This document shows, piece by piece, positions 13,300 to 27,958 of a DNA stretch of 64,000 bases (its first letter is position 1; every line of letters starts with the position of its first letter). The DNA lies in NCBI GenBank assembly GCA_964016885.1, contig OZ024742.1, forward strand, positions 328,414,001 to 328,478,000, in the 5' to 3' direction. This stretch comes from Eledone cirrhosa (lineage: Eukaryota). A model generated the notes under the pieces. It saw only the letters and a program-made list of their open reading frames with translations. It was not told the origin of the DNA and did no database searches. A program made the translations under genes and the position numbers.

Positions 13300-14240
13300 G
13301 TTTCTGTTGACCACGAACGTTTATTTTTTTATCAAGCTTAATGACCATATGATATCCCCAGCCTTAATAAATTGACCAGTGAATCCATCTGTTTCAGGCG
13401 ATTTACAACACTTCAGTTGTTGCCAAGACATTCTTATTTCTTCTGTTTTAGGAAAGCTATTCAATTATGTTATAACCGAGATTTGAGGTATTTGATCAAT
13501 AACAGACATATCACCTATTGAGCGCCTGTTTTGAATTTCTGAGCAGTATTCTACCCATCGCTTTTAAATAGATTCTGTGTGTCTGTGAAGTATTCTGCCA
13601 TCACGTGACCAAATGAGTGCAATATTAGCCAAGGAAACCAAGGAGTGACCGCAAACTCCATCTATATAACCATAAAAGGATTCTATATCTTTTTGATCTG
13701 CATCAGACTGTCATATGTTTCCACTAGTTATGTTTAATGAAACGAAGTTGTCGTTGAACAGACGCCTTGATGTTCTTGTATGTATAGCTCATATTTGCAT
13801 AAATGGATTTATACCCAGCAGCATTAACTAGAGCCTTATAGGCCTCATGCTTCTTACAAAGGAGTCAATATATATGTTCCTCTTTATCATCAAACCAATC
13901 TTGAGACTTTTTCTTCTGAAAGCCTACAACATATGTTGCATCATACACCTTTTCTTTAACGTCCGAACACAAATTATGAGGATTCAAAGTGATAGTACTT
14001 ACAATATTTTCAAATTCTCTCTGTTTAGCACTCGAATTCAAGGCTCCTACATTTAGGCGTTTGGGAAATTGTGAAGCAGTGATACATATTTTCAGTCAGA
14101 TATGTGGATTGATATTAATTTTTACAAGGAGATTACCTGTGCAAAATTCTTGCCCTGCCAAACTCACAAACCATAGACGTAATTCTGATCACCACTTCTC
14201 ACTAATACATAATGTATGAGGTGCCAACATTTGAAGCAAG
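13300..14240 (-). pseudogene. Decayed RTE-clade LINE ORF fragment (end of APE endonuclease to start of RT)
   Basis: Minus-strand translations CWHLIHYVLVRSGDQ, VGFQKKKSQDWFDDKEEHI*LL, RWVEYCSEIQNR and LKCCKSPETDGF match RTE motifs WHLIDYV, QDWFD, RW.EHF and KAPG.DG; multiple stops. Confidence 0.75.
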
Positions 14241-15631
14241 GATATACTTGTATATATTTTTTTGCGGGAAAAAGGTACTACCTATAGTAAATGTATTCTC
14301 TGTACAAAGGTTTGGTAGTTTTATTTCATTATTTCATTGGCAGTATCGGTAGAGGATCTGACGCCATGCTTTGCAGCAAAGAGTTACGGCCCTTATGGTC
14401 TGAGTTCAAATCCCGCCGAGGTTAACTTTGCCTTTAATCCTTACGGGATCGATAAAATAAATTGTTGGCCTTGTGCCAAATGCAGAAGCAATTATTTCAT
14501 TACTATGGCACGTGCCCACACCATGAAGGCCAAGTACTGATCAGGTTGAATTATCTTTTCCTGCTCTAGCATTGATTCCAAAGAATCAACAATTGATCTT
14601 TAGATAGAACCCTATTTACTATCAAGCTTAAGTCAGCATATAATTGATTGATAGTCTCTTCAGAATGCCATAAGGCGCGAGCGTAGACACATATAATTGT
14701 TGCAAAGCGTTGCTTAATCTGTCACAAACGTCAATATATAGTTCTATCTTAGAAATCTTGGTGTAATACATTTAGTTGATTTGCAATTAAGATTCTCCTA
14801 GCAAATCCCACACCTGATTCTATTTTCACTTCCTTGCCTCGCCCTTTCCAAACGAGTGGACCTAGGACTTATTTTAATGAGCTCACCGGATTCAGGCAGA
14901 CATGTCTCGGAGGGAGCGGCTATAACAATATTATAACTAACTAATTCTTTGCAATCAGTGGGGTTCTTTCAGGATGATCTACTTGATTACGGTCACTATC
15001 ATAAGAATTCTTATGTTACCGCATCAAAAAAAAAAGAGGTTCACAATGTTTTGGTTTTGTACAATATTTCTTTTTAGATTAGATGCCTTTCCCTATCATG
15101 TTGAAATCGAATTTCTTTTAACTTTATGTTTCTCACATTAGCGAAATGACTAATGGTGCCGAGCTGTGAATTCCTGGGACAACCACCGCACCGTGCCTGT
15201 TCAACACTGATTTCCATGAACCTTATTACCATTTACATATTCATTTTCAAACGCTTTCGTTTTCATTGGGTTTTGATTTGCCTTTTATAACATTACTGCC
15301 AACCCTTCAGAGAGATGTAGACTGATATTGCACATATATACAAGATGAACCTGGGCCTAGTTTTATTTTGAGTGGATAAGGCGTACATAGAACTAGATCC
15401 ACCTTTTGGTATACAGAACTGATGCCTCTGTGTCACAGTATGTAACAAGACTGACACCCATATATAATTTTCAGGTTTTTCCTTCTCTTAGGTAAGTTAC
15501 CAGCCAAGGTTGATAAAATGTTTGCCATATATTTACACACCCGCATACATACACACATTTCCCCACATGATAACAGCCACCCACAATATATATATGTATA
15601 TATATATATATACACAAATTACAAAAGAAAT

Positions 15632-15689
<58 letters not shown>

Positions 15690-17008
15690 GACCATGAGCT
15701 TCTTCAGTGCCCGTGAACCAATTTCCACTCTCAAATTATTAACCAACATGTGGTTATTGAAGACGCTCAATTTGCTGCGCAAGGGGACTGAACCCTAAGC
15801 AATGTGATCTCGAAGTGATCTACATACAAGAATGCTTACGCCTATTCCTGTTTTTATCCGAATTCGGCCATTTGTGTGTATCACGAGTCATTATTCTCTT
15901 TACACATCCTCTCTTCCACCATACATTGTTAATTCTTCATCCACTTCCCCGACATAGGTTGACTTACTCAAAACATTTGTAATTAAGTCTGAACTAAAAG
16001 CCATTATTTTCTCTCTTGAAAACTCAAAAAAGAAAAAAATCTCCATCTGTCATCTTCAGATGGTTTCAGCTCCATTTTTCATCTTCAGTTATCGAACCTA
16101 TCTTCAATTTGACGTATATGTTTATTCAAAAGATTTCTTATTTTGTATTTTCATAGATGTTTCTCTATTTTTATTTAAATTTTGAAAACGAAAAAATATA
16201 TTGGCAAATTATTTGATACGAATCATTTCATAAACATCCCGTTGGACTATTTTTGTTTTTGAAATGCCCCGAAAATTTAAAGCCATTTTAATAGCAAAAT
16301 GAAAACGGATTTATCATTTTTCTTCTCATTCTTCTTCTTCGACCAATCCTTGTATCTGAGCACCAGAATTATCAATAACTTTCTATGTGAGAAATAGTCG
16401 CCTGCTGGCGACTATTGGTTACTGTAACTATTGGTTACTGTAAAACTGCATATATCTAATCGCAGCTTGGACGAAAGGTTAAGTGAGGCTGTGTGGTCGA
16501 TCCATTGTGTGGAATCTTGGGCAAGTGTTACTTGTCATAACTCCGAGTGGACCTAAGACTCTCGAATGAGATTGGGTAAACGGAAACTTTTGGAAATCCG
16601 TCAGATGGAGTGGAACTGTCATTCAAATGTTCGATATTATCACACAGTGACACGATGAATCTCCCCGAGAATTCCGTTAATGATACACTTATCAGTAGAA
16701 TGGTCAGCCGTATACATGTCAACCTCATGAACAGGTTCTGTCCGCTGATTTAATAACTGAAATACACCTTGTCAAAACTGAGGCTGTCGATTTAACAGTT
16801 TGGAAAGAAAGTGGACGCAACATTGCTAGCTGGAGAAGTCGTTCGTTCTGCAACTATTAAGTCATAGATTCAATTCTCCAGCAAGACACCTTCGGAGGGT
16901 TGTAGCAATCTCTATCTTGAGTTCCTGGTCAAAATCTATTAGCAAGAGTATGACAAATGTAGAAGTATATAAGTGTGGATATGTCTGTGTTTGTATGTAT
17001 ATATATGT

Positions 17009-17065
<57 letters not shown>

Positions 17066-17104
17066 CGCGTGTGTGTGTGTGTGTGTGTGTCTGTCTGTCT
17101 GCGC

Positions 17105-17154
<50 letters not shown>

Positions 17155-18732
17155 CTGTGACAATATATTACAACTGCTGTACGATTAGACTTTAACTTTA
17201 TTCAGGTAGGGTTAATACGAATCAGAAGTCATAATACCCATCCGATACTAAGGAGCAGGAGGATGACTGGTGAGGTATGTTTCTGAGTATATGTCTGTAT
17301 ATGTGTGAGTATTTATATATATGGAGTGGATGTTTATATTTATGTGTGGAGGCGTATATGTGAGTGCAAATATGTTGGTGTGGTACGGGTATCGGATGGG
17401 GTTTATGTGTATTGATGTTTATGCGCTTATTTGTGTGTGGGGAGAGGCGAGCCTTTCAGAATGGTGAGATCCTAACCCCACTGAGAAGCTACATCACCTG
17501 GCGAACAGAGAAATTCTGGGGAGACAAATATATGAAGTATTTTAGAGTGTTTGTGTATGTATGTTTGTGTGTATGTGTATGGAGATTATTTATGGCTTAG
17601 TACTTCAGGTCTTTGTTGCACAATCCTAAGATCGCAAGAAGAATTCCCAGCGCCAGGTTATGTTCTTAAGCAATAGACTTTACTTCAAATTATTCCAGTC
17701 AACTCTGTCAACAAAAATGTATTTTACCTGTTGTCCAAAAGGCTGTTTTTTTTTCACACACTCTCCTATTGGATCTTCTAAGGAATACGCTCAAGTTTTC
17801 AGCCACTTTCACATTTCATTTTATGAGCAGTCTATTTCATCGTTCCAACAACTAGAACACATGCCATCGAAACCCTCATAGGCCCAACACACACATGTGT
17901 GTCCTTCGGTTAGACGATTTTACACACTCTGCATGAGGAAATTCGCATCCGACACACTAGCGATTTAGTATGGCAAACTAAGATGAAACGAGACATAGCT
18001 AAGAAAACACGTCTATGTAATCAGATGCATTGGGAAATAAGTATAACTGCCAATATTCTGTTACCCACTTATCTACACAACCAATGAAGCCCTTAACAAA
18101 ATGACCCTAAACTCTATTCAACATTTTATTTTAATTTATCACCAATGCATCTGTTGCCGTAGATGTATTTTTATTTTGAAACCGCTGGTAATGAGGAATT
18201 ATGCCAGACTGTTAATATAAATATTATATATATTCATATATCTCTCTCTATATATATATACATAGAAGATAGTCTTCTACAAATTCTGTCTATTGTATTC
18301 CTCTCAGGGGTCAACCCGAACATATGCTAGAAAATACTTCCCCAAGTAGCTGCGAACCATGTATTTACGAAGCGAACACCGTAAGCATACAGGCATGCCC
18401 GTGTCGATAATGACTAAAGTTTGGGGCTTTTGTTCTTATTTTGTCCTACCAATAAAACATCAGACATTTTAAAATATGGACGACATCGAGCAATCCACAC
18501 ATAACACATAATTCAAAATAAAGCCGCAGGGGGGCTGTCGAGACATTGTTTAACTGTAGACAATTTAAATCAACATTCAGTCTAGTCCATTTAAACACTC
18601 AGACTCAAGTTTGAACACAGTCGATTTCTCTATGAGAGGGACAGAGAGGGAGAGAGGGAAAAAGAGAGAGAGGCGGAGAGAATATTGTGTATATAGAAGG
18701 AGAAAGAGAGAATAGAGGGAGAGAGTATGTAT

Positions 18733-18773
<41 letters not shown>

Positions 18774-19351
18774 GAGTGATAGTGACAGAGAGAGAGGGGA
18801 GAGAGGGAAAACGAAAGATGAAGAGAACAAGAGAGAGAGAGAAGAGAAGTACGAAAGCATTAACAGGTAACTCGAATTCGGCGGGATTTGAAATCAGCCT
18901 GCAGAGAGCTGGAGCATTTATCTACCCGACATTTTAAAATCTCTGCCACTTGATAGAGACAAAAAAATGCAATGTTGCAGATTTAGTTTGAAATGCATAA
19001 CAAAAATAAAGAAATAAAAATGAACTTCAAAGTCTGTGTTAAAATTGAGAAGATGAAAGAAATATTATTATGACTGACAAATGTAGTATTTTCAAGAGAT
19101 TACTCACAACTGGCTTTGGGGATTAATCCAAAATTTGTCTTTGATGTGTAAAAGAAAATCAGCTGTGAAACGACACGCAGAAAGCAGAAACAAATAAAGA
19201 AAGAAAATGCATACACAGAGAGACAAATACACAAACATGTATAAACACATACATACAAACTTAGAGGGAGGCAAACACACATATATACACAGATACACAT
19301 GAGTACACACAATGATACCAATACAAATTATATTAGTTCTACTGTATTTCT

Positions 19352-19475
<124 letters not shown>

Positions 19476-19639
19476 CAAATACATAGCGCACACACACACA
19501 TATATATTTATATTTATATATATGTATATACAAATACATTACACACACACACACATATATATATGTACGTATATATATATACACAGTTACTCAACACAGT
19601 ACTAGATATTTGGGATATTAGAGTATGGCTGTATTATAT

Positions 19640-19832
19640 AGGGTGGTGGATTGGCAGTATCGGAAGAAGGCCGGACGCCATGCTTTGACGCATAGAGTTA
19701 CGGCCCTTGCCATTCTGAGTTCAAATCCCGCCGAGGCAAACTTTTCTTTTCATCCTTACAGGGTCGATAAAATAAAGTACCAGTAATGTACTGGGTAATT
19801 GCTGGCCTTGTGCCGAAAGCAGAAACAATTAT
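19640..19832 (+). mobile_element. tRNA-derived SINE (dominant family), near full length
   Basis: Full family sequence from gggtggtggattggcagtatcgg to gaaacaatt. Confidence 0.9.
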
Positions 19833-19994
19833 AAAGAGCCGCGGCTGAACCCTTGCCGTTTCAACACCTAGTTCCAGACTGTTCAATATATATATGTATA
19901 TATGAACCTAATGTAACTATGTGTTAATGTTCGATATAACCCATACGCACATATGTATATATGTATATATGTGTGTGTATATATATATATGTAT

Positions 19995-20604
19995 GTCAGG
20001 TCACCACTTGGTGCTACTGGTAACATGTATCCCAGTGCAACCTGTCTCATGGTCGGGTCGTTGGCGACTAAACTGACAACCCCACCAAGGTTTCTTGGTG
20101 AGGAGGGTGACTTTGGACATCCTGCAGGACTAAAAACAAAACCTGTCAAAGGGCAAAGGAGCTCTTAAGAGTCAATGGCCATCCAAAATCACTGGGAGAG
20201 ATGACCCCTTAGCCTTTGTCAAGGCAGAATTCTAGGAGAAGGAAAACTCTGATATAACACCTGCAACCCTGATGGTATCCAATGATGTTGACTTGTTATT
20301 CTTTTTGGTAAATATCATCTTGGTTAAGAGAGTGGGACTGGCTTTGTGCAGTGCCTTTGCTCACTATAAAAGCTTCACGGCACAGGCATTGCTTTATATC
20401 TGGAGATCTCTCTGCACTTGTCGTCACATGGTACCAAAGGCAAAGCACTATGTGTCAATAATTGTCACAAGTGTAGTGTTTGTACCAGAGTTTTCAAGTC
20501 GCTGGCTGGACTAAAAAGTCACACTCGTTCAGCGCATCGGTAGGGGTTCTCCTACATGGATATAAAGTAGTGGCCGCACTCGAAAACGATTTGGCAGCCA
20601 CCAT
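19995..20604 (+). mobile_element. Non-autonomous RTE-like element: structured 5' part plus 3' C2H2 remnant, in (TA)n
   Basis: 20466-20543 translates HKCSVCTRVFKSLAGLKSHTRSAHR*, like the C-terminal zinc finger of RTE-type ORFs; GC-richer hairpin-forming 5' part; TA tracts on both sides. Confidence 0.5.
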
Positions 20605-20660
20605 GTATATATATATAGTAAGAATATTTTCGAAACAGCGAGTGGGTTAAAAATTATTAT

Positions 20661-21064
20661 AAATATAAGCTATCGGCGTATTTTGACTAAAGAAATTAAA
20701 GAAATTATTTAGCCTGATAGGGGGGTTAAGAACCCTCGGATAAATGGAAAACGATGAGTATTGACGTACATGGGAGTCGAACCCACATCTTTGGTTATCC
20801 GGACCACTGTGCTACCATTTACACCAACACATCTTACTTGACATTACAGTCGCTAAGTTTATAGCTTCTAATTTGAATGGAAAAAGACAGGTGAGGTGTT
20901 AGTTTAAATGGTATCACAGTGGTCCGGATAACCAAAGATGTGGGTTCGACTCCATGTACGTCAATACTCATCATTTTCCATTTCTCCGAGAGTTCTTAAC
21001 CCCACTATCAAGCTAAATAATTTCTTTAATTTCTTTAGTCAAAATACGGCGATAGCTTACATTT
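20661..21064. mobile_element. Head-to-head inverted pair of tRNA-headed SINE-like units
   Basis: Arms ~20661-20833 and ~20893-21064 are reverse complements; degenerate third copy of the tail at ~24140-24230. Confidence 0.75.
20762..20833 (-). tRNA. tRNA-like cloverleaf (anticodon GGA), probably a SINE head/pseudo-tRNA
   Basis: GATGTGT-TG-GTGT AAATGGTA GCAC-A-GTGGT CCGGATA ACCAA-AGAT-GTGGG TTCGACT CCCAT-GTACGTC-A; all four stems close, with several G.U pairs; C at position 33 and no long variable arm. Confidence 0.55.
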
Positions 21065-22251
21065 CTAATATATATATATGTGTGTGTGTGTTTGTGTGTG
21101 TATGTATATGTGTGTATGTATGTATACTTACGTTTATGTATCAGCTGTGCTACGGCGAGAAATAAAATTCTAATTCTATTAATATATACATATAAAGAGA
21201 GAGAGAGAGAGAGATGTGAAATCCCCACCGCCACACAAGCGCCAAGCAACTTAAGTTTGTGTTTTCAGCAAGCCTTTTTCAAGAGTCTAGCAATATTTCC
21301 AAAGTATGTGAAAATAGGTTACTAATCTCTGTAGTGCTTTGGTCGAGTTTATTATATTAGTAAGCTAGGCTGATGGAGACAGTGGGTTGGGCAGAGAATG
21401 ATAATTGTACCTGGACAGGCAAGAGGTCAGGGGAAGGAAGAGTGGGATGTTTATTGGGCAGGAGGAGAATGAGTATAAGGGTCATAGGAATAGTGGTGGA
21501 TGGGTGAGGGTAAGAGTATGTATAGATAGGGTTTTGAGATTGAATAAATATTTTATAGAAAAGAATAAATTATAAAGTGGATTATATAGAAGTAAATGAG
21601 GAAATGGTTAAATAAATTAGTAGGTAGATGAGAGAATAGCATAGAATAAGATAAAGTAAAATTTAAGGGTATAAAAATAGGTAATAAAGGGGATTATATG
21701 GGTGGGTAACTTGTGATAAAGTGTCTTATATGTATGCATATTGCATACACACAATCACACACAAGTATACAAGGTAGATTTTAAAGATTTTACATAGAAT
21801 ATGTTACATAGAATAAGTTTTACATGGATAAGTCACAGACATTATTCGACTCTACATACTGTCTAAATGAAAAGATCCATTCCCACATTCTGGAGGGGCT
21901 TGCACCGCAACGACAGCTTAATTGTGTCTTTTCAGTGTGTGGATATAATTTTTATTTCTATGTTCTCTAGTGTGACACCCATGTTCCATTTTAACATATT
22001 GGTGGAGTACTGATGAGTTGATCCCATCTTGGTGTTCTGTCAATATTCATTTATCCTCTCTCCTACGGTACGGGCTATCTCATCGAAGTCAATTGTAACT
22101 TATTCCTACACTATCTCTCAATAAATCCTATGCTATATACTACCTTCCTAGTTTTACACTTAATGTGGGAGTTTGCAGACAATACATTTCCTATAAGTGC
22201 AGTTTTTTTAAAAGGGTATATATATATATATGCGCGTGTGTATGTGTGTGT

Positions 22252-22326
<75 letters not shown>

Positions 22327-22560
22327 CATGTATATGTGCAAAAAGTAAACGGAAAAAACTGAGCAACCAACACAGTAAAATGGAGGAATATATTGGTCTA
22401 ACGCTTGTTATAGTAGGAAAATAGCTATACGTTTCGGAACCTATCTCTTCATCAGAATAAGAAATAAAAGACGAAATAGAAAGATATGAAGAATAGAAAT
22501 GAACGCAAAAAAGCAATTGTGTATTCAGTCAGGCATCTATTCTTTTCTTTTGGTAGTGGA

Positions 22561-22623
<63 letters not shown>

Positions 22624-22877
22624 TATATATATATACACATACATATTATCTAGAAGGATAGATACAATTTCGTGGAAAAACAATAGGTTATATATTAGTT
22701 ACGAATAATTATAATAACGTATATTACATTCACAACATTTCGCCATGAATCGAATGAATGATGTATATAGATGTGCATTAACTCCTCATGGTATTATATA
22801 TTTTTTCATTTAGAACAATAAATTACAAAATCGATCGGTCTATAAATCATATTATTCATATATTTTGTATAAAAATG

Positions 22878-23890
22878 ATATTCTACTTCAGGAACAAGGC
22901 TATCAATTTTGGGGGCGGGGAAACTCGATTAAATCGACCTCAGTGCCTGACTGGTACTTTATTTTATCCACCCCGTAAGGATGAAAGGCAAAGCTAAGCT
23001 TAGCGGGATTTGAAATCAAAATATAAAGGGCCGCAACTCCACTCTACTAAAAATGTTCTCCGACTCTCTACCGATTCTGCCAATAATAAAGATTTCTAGT
23101 TTAGGTACAAGGCTAGTAATTTGTAGGGAGGGGAAAGTCGATTAAATTGACCCCCAGTACGTTACTGATACTTTATTTTATCGATCCCGTAAGGATGAAA
23201 GGCAAAGATAACCTCGGCGGGATTTGAACTCGGACCGTAAAGGGCCGTAACTCTGGCTGCAAAGCATGGTGTCCGACGCTCTACTAATCCAGCCAATCTA
23301 CTGCCCTCAATAATTGTTTCTATATTTGGCACAAGGCCAGCAATTATCCTAGTGCATTACTGGTACTTTATTTTATCGAAGACCCCATAGGGATGAAAGG
23401 CAAAGTTAACGTCGGCAGGATTTGAACTCCGAACGCAAAGGGCCGCAACTCTGCTAAATATGTTCTCCGACTCTCTACCGATTGTGCCAATAATAATGAT
23501 AATGAGAAAAACTTCATACAGTCAGGATCGAATTGGCAGCCCATATCCAATGGGCAATATGCAGATACTTACGCATAAAAACTGGAACGACGTAGGTGGA
23601 GAAGTTAAAACAGCTTAAAATACGGCAATTTATTTTAATAGCCAGTACAACAATCTTTCAAACTAACATGTGTACAAAATCCTATTGTGTTAAAAAATAA
23701 TTGTTTCTACTTTTGGCATAAGGCCAGAAATTACTCAGTGCATTACTGGTACTTTATTTTATCGACCCCGTAAGGATGAAAGGCGAAGTTAACCTCGGCG
23801 GGATTTGAACTCAGAATAGCAAGGGCCGTAACTCTATGCGTCAAAGCATGGCGTCCGACCCTCTACCGATACTGCCAATTCACCGCCCTA
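22878..23890 (-). mobile_element. Cluster of four SINE copies (dominant family)
   Basis: Family core on minus strand at ~22880, ~23090, ~23310 and ~23697. Confidence 0.88.
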
Positions 23891-24060
23891 ATTGTGTTAA
23901 AAAATAATAATTACGCGTGAAGCAATTAGTTGGTCTGTATTGTGAGACAATATGTTGACGTATTTGCTCATAAGTGATTCATTTTGATGAGTACCAATAA
24001 GGGACGAAACGATTGTAAATCAATATCTGTTTTAAAACCGTATTTGTTCATACTTAAATG

Positions 24061-24118
<58 letters not shown>

Positions 24119-25137
24119 CACATTACATATATAATTAGGTGCGCCTTATTTGACTAAATAAAATTAGTCTGTTAGTTGGGATTTAAAAAAACCCTCTGAA
24201 TGGAAAAAAAAGGATGAGTGTTGACAATACACAACAGAACGAACACTAAAATAAGTAAACATGTTCATGCTTAACCTCATTACGAAACAATATTGATGTA
24301 GGATACTATGTGTTTACTCCCTCACACCTACAAAACTAAGAATAAACAAAACTACAAGCACCTCACGATGTGGAGGGAAATCAAGCGATGTAGGAAAAAC
24401 TCGCATGAAACTGCCCCCTCCCCCATTAAGAATAGGGGAAATAGATATTTTCTAATATAAAAGAGTACTCAGTACATAGGTATACAATGTATTATGGTCC
24501 GTGAGGTTGGGTGGTTGTTGTAGTAAGCGTGGCTGGTCATTGTCTACGGGAATGCTTTTGCCATATTTTCCGCAGGGTGCAGCCCCTTTACCACCGCACC
24601 CTAAGCCCAGAGCCCAATCACCCACCCATCTCCCCTTCCCCATTCTACTGTGACTCTAGAATCCTTGCCAAACCCTCTCTTTTTTTTCTTTTTTCTTTAT
24701 ATATTCCTATTTTACATTCCATTCTTTCTTAATCTAAATTTTCTTTTTTTTCTTTCTTTTATTAAACAGTATTTACATAATATATTCTATGAATAAATTA
24801 TTGTTTTCAGACATTGTAAATGATATACTCACATTATTGCGTGTGCGTTTGTGTGTGCGTCTTTGTGTGTATGAATGTGTATACGTATCTACGTGAGTAC
24901 GCATGTCTATAAGTGTGTGCAATAAGAACTTTTTTGTTGTTTAAGTATTCAAACAGTGTTTGATTATCTCATCCCTGTTTCATGTTGAGATATGATATGA
25001 GTGAGATTTGAATACGATTTATAGCATTTCCATCAGACACATAGAGATTCACATTGTTACTCGTTTGTTTAGATACAGCACACACCTTCTCTCTCTTACA
25101 CACATGTACGTATATATATATATATATATATACACAA

Positions 25138-25168
<31 letters not shown>

Positions 25169-25173
25169 CACAA

Positions 25174-25215
<42 letters not shown>

Positions 25216-25236
25216 GTGTGTGTATATATATCTATC

Positions 25237-25268
<32 letters not shown>

Positions 25269-26397
25269 TATATAGATATACGTATGTATGTATATACATA
25301 CATTCCACTGCACCTTATCCAGTCTGATTTAAGGGCTCCATTCTACGCTAAGGGAAGCTTTCTATATTGGACAATCCAGTCCTAGACTACAGCCAGCAGG
25401 TTCACTGGGCATTTTCTCGACATCTCGCTCTCCCGCTCGCCAACCAGTCTACGGTCAGCCAAACTCACGCCTGAGAACTGACCGGCTGATTTGGCTCCAC
25501 ACCACTCTTCCTTTTGCCTTTACCAGCACCCACCTACTACCCACTCTCACACCAACACAACCACATTACTACTTCACCAACACAACCACTCACACGCACA
25601 CATCGACACACTAACACTCACGGATACGAAAAAGCACATACAATAAACAACTAATTAATGACTTACACCTGTGGGACCATATTGCACATTTAATCTTAGT
25701 CAGATTATTAATTAACTAATCAATTATACTACCAGACCATTCTGGTAGTATACCTACCAACATACGTGCATGAACACACCAACACGATCATAGACAAATA
25801 CACATATTTCATTGCTCTTAACATTACTAATTATCTAACTAATCATACTAACACACCCAATAATACTACATGGTCCACTCAAATATTCACACAAAACTCA
25901 TTTACTACCAATGCGAACACACACACATAACACTTCCATTCTTTGAGCACCCTACAAAGACTCCCTGCTGACCACTTCCTGAAATAAACCCACTTCGATC
26001 ACAACCCGCAAGACAGACCTGAGACTTTATGAATCACCATTCATACACCCAGAATTCCTATCCCACAAAAGTATCACTAACGTGTACATCCCTGCACATG
26101 TATGCAGATGTCTACGGGAATGCTTTTGCGATGTATGTACGTGAGAGTATATATAGGTGTGTCTGAAGAATGCGCACCCCTACTTCCGAATGCCGGACTA
26201 CTCACCTACCACAACCGGCAAATCGAGGTGTTGCTCTGTCAAAGATGGCCTTGATAGAAGAAAGATTAGAGATCCTAGTCTGATGTTTTTGACGAAGTTT
26301 TTAAAGATGGAAGGTGGGTGGCATGAGTCATTTTGTATATAAGTCAATATTTTATTAGAAAAGGGTTGAATGCGTGTGTGCGGATGTATAGATTGAT

Positions 26398-26810
26398 GTC
26401 TAAGATGGCACCTTACTATAACACTGTGTTAGTCCATAGCGGCTTCTTCGATAACATTTCTTACTCCCCTCCTAATCACACTACCAATAGAAAGAAAAAT
26501 AGAAAAAAGAGTAATAATAATTTGATTCTGCCCACCCTTCTCTCTTGGATTTAGAACTGATGTAAGTAAAACATTCTTAGCTCTCCTAAACAAAAATAGT
26601 TCAAGAAATAAGAATACAAAAGCAGATACAAAACCACAAAGTCTTATTAATATCACGCTTAGGAGGAAGTAGAAGAGAGTTTGATATTTCAGACATAAGT
26701 CCTTCTTCGAGAAATGGAAAAAAGTTTGAAAAATCGGGGTTTATGGAGAAAACGCGTGTTCTCAAGTATGGTTTGCTAATTTGTTGTGGAAATAACTTTC
26801 TCGTTCTCCC
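26398..26810 (+). pseudogene. Decayed Penelope-like element fragment (post-RT region plus pLTR-like tail)
   Basis: APYYNTVLVHSGF...NRKKNRKK then III*FCPPFSLGFRTDVSKTFLALLNK resembles the PLE motif IIWFNPP.S..V.T.VGK.FL.L; gttctcaagtatggtttgctaatttgttgtggaa resembles the pLTR tail at 35830 and 50940. Confidence 0.6.
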
Positions 26811-26889
26811 CCGTCTCTCTCTCTATATATATATATATATACATATATACACACACACGCACACATATATACCTACACACACACACACT

Positions 26890-26927
<38 letters not shown>

Positions 26928-27958
26928 TATATTATTTATATATTCATTTAATATTGCTAAGTAGTGAGGCATGTCACTCTGGAGCCTCACATGTGCACTC
27001 ACAGGATCATTAAGCAAAAGTGAAATTTTCAATAACTGAGACAGTATAAATAGGAAAAGTTCAATGGTGGGAGGAATGATGGGTGGATAATATTTTAATG
27101 AGTGTGTGAGAAGGGAGAGGAAGGTATGAAAAGAGAAAGGCACAGAAGAATCTCTAAGAGAGATAAGGAATGCATGGGCATGGTGTGTGTGATGATGATG
27201 ACGACGATGAATGGGTGTGTCAGGAAGGAGAGTGGGAGTTATAAAAAATGAATAGGAAACACTAAGAGAAAATATAGAAAGTATAGTCATTGTGTGATGA
27301 TGATGATGATGATGATGATGGTAGGAGATTGAAAGAGCGGGAACTTAAGGTGATGATGATGATGGTGGTGATGGTGGTGAGATGATAAGTGAGATGAACG
27401 GGTATATATCTATAGGTGGGTGAGGGAAAATTAAGATGGTTACTGAAAATTAATTATTGAATAATAGAATTACAGGATGGCGTGAATAAACTGCATTAGT
27501 TCAATGGAATTCTGCTAGTGGATGGTGATGGTGTTGGTGTAAAGTTATTTAATATCCAGTGCTTGATGGTGATGATGATGTGGTTTGGGTGTATATGAAG
27601 AGAGGAAGAGAAAAAACAATATATATAAATATGTATGTATGTATATATAAATATGTATGTATATATAAAAACAAATAACGAAACGAAATTAAATTTCGTT
27701 TCGTTTGTAACTCACTTTTGTATGACTGACGCTTAAACAATTAAGTTAAAAATGTACATCCACATATGTATACTGAAATACTAGTATGCATATGAATACA
27801 CACACGTGTACATATGTAGATGTACCGAGTTTTCACTGGTCACTTTACTGTGAGTGTCCAGCTATTCCGTATGTAGACACACAGACAAACCGGTTCTTAG
27901 AGTCATACTGGTTTTTGAGGAAACACCTTTCCTCTATTCTCCAGAAAGCCAGACAAGG

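Noticed and set aside
20762-20833. Functional tRNA-Ser(GGA) gene
   Set aside because: C33, anticodon-stem mismatch, three G.U pairs in the acceptor stem, no long variable arm, embedded in a repeat
21250-21400. Possible PLE thumb-region remnant (PIFTYFGNIARLLKK) on the minus strand
   Set aside because: Too short and degenerate to support
22420-22460. HHR-like CTGATGA...GAAACGTA on the minus strand
   Set aside because: Stem I does not pair and stem II is weak; at best a decayed copy, not counted
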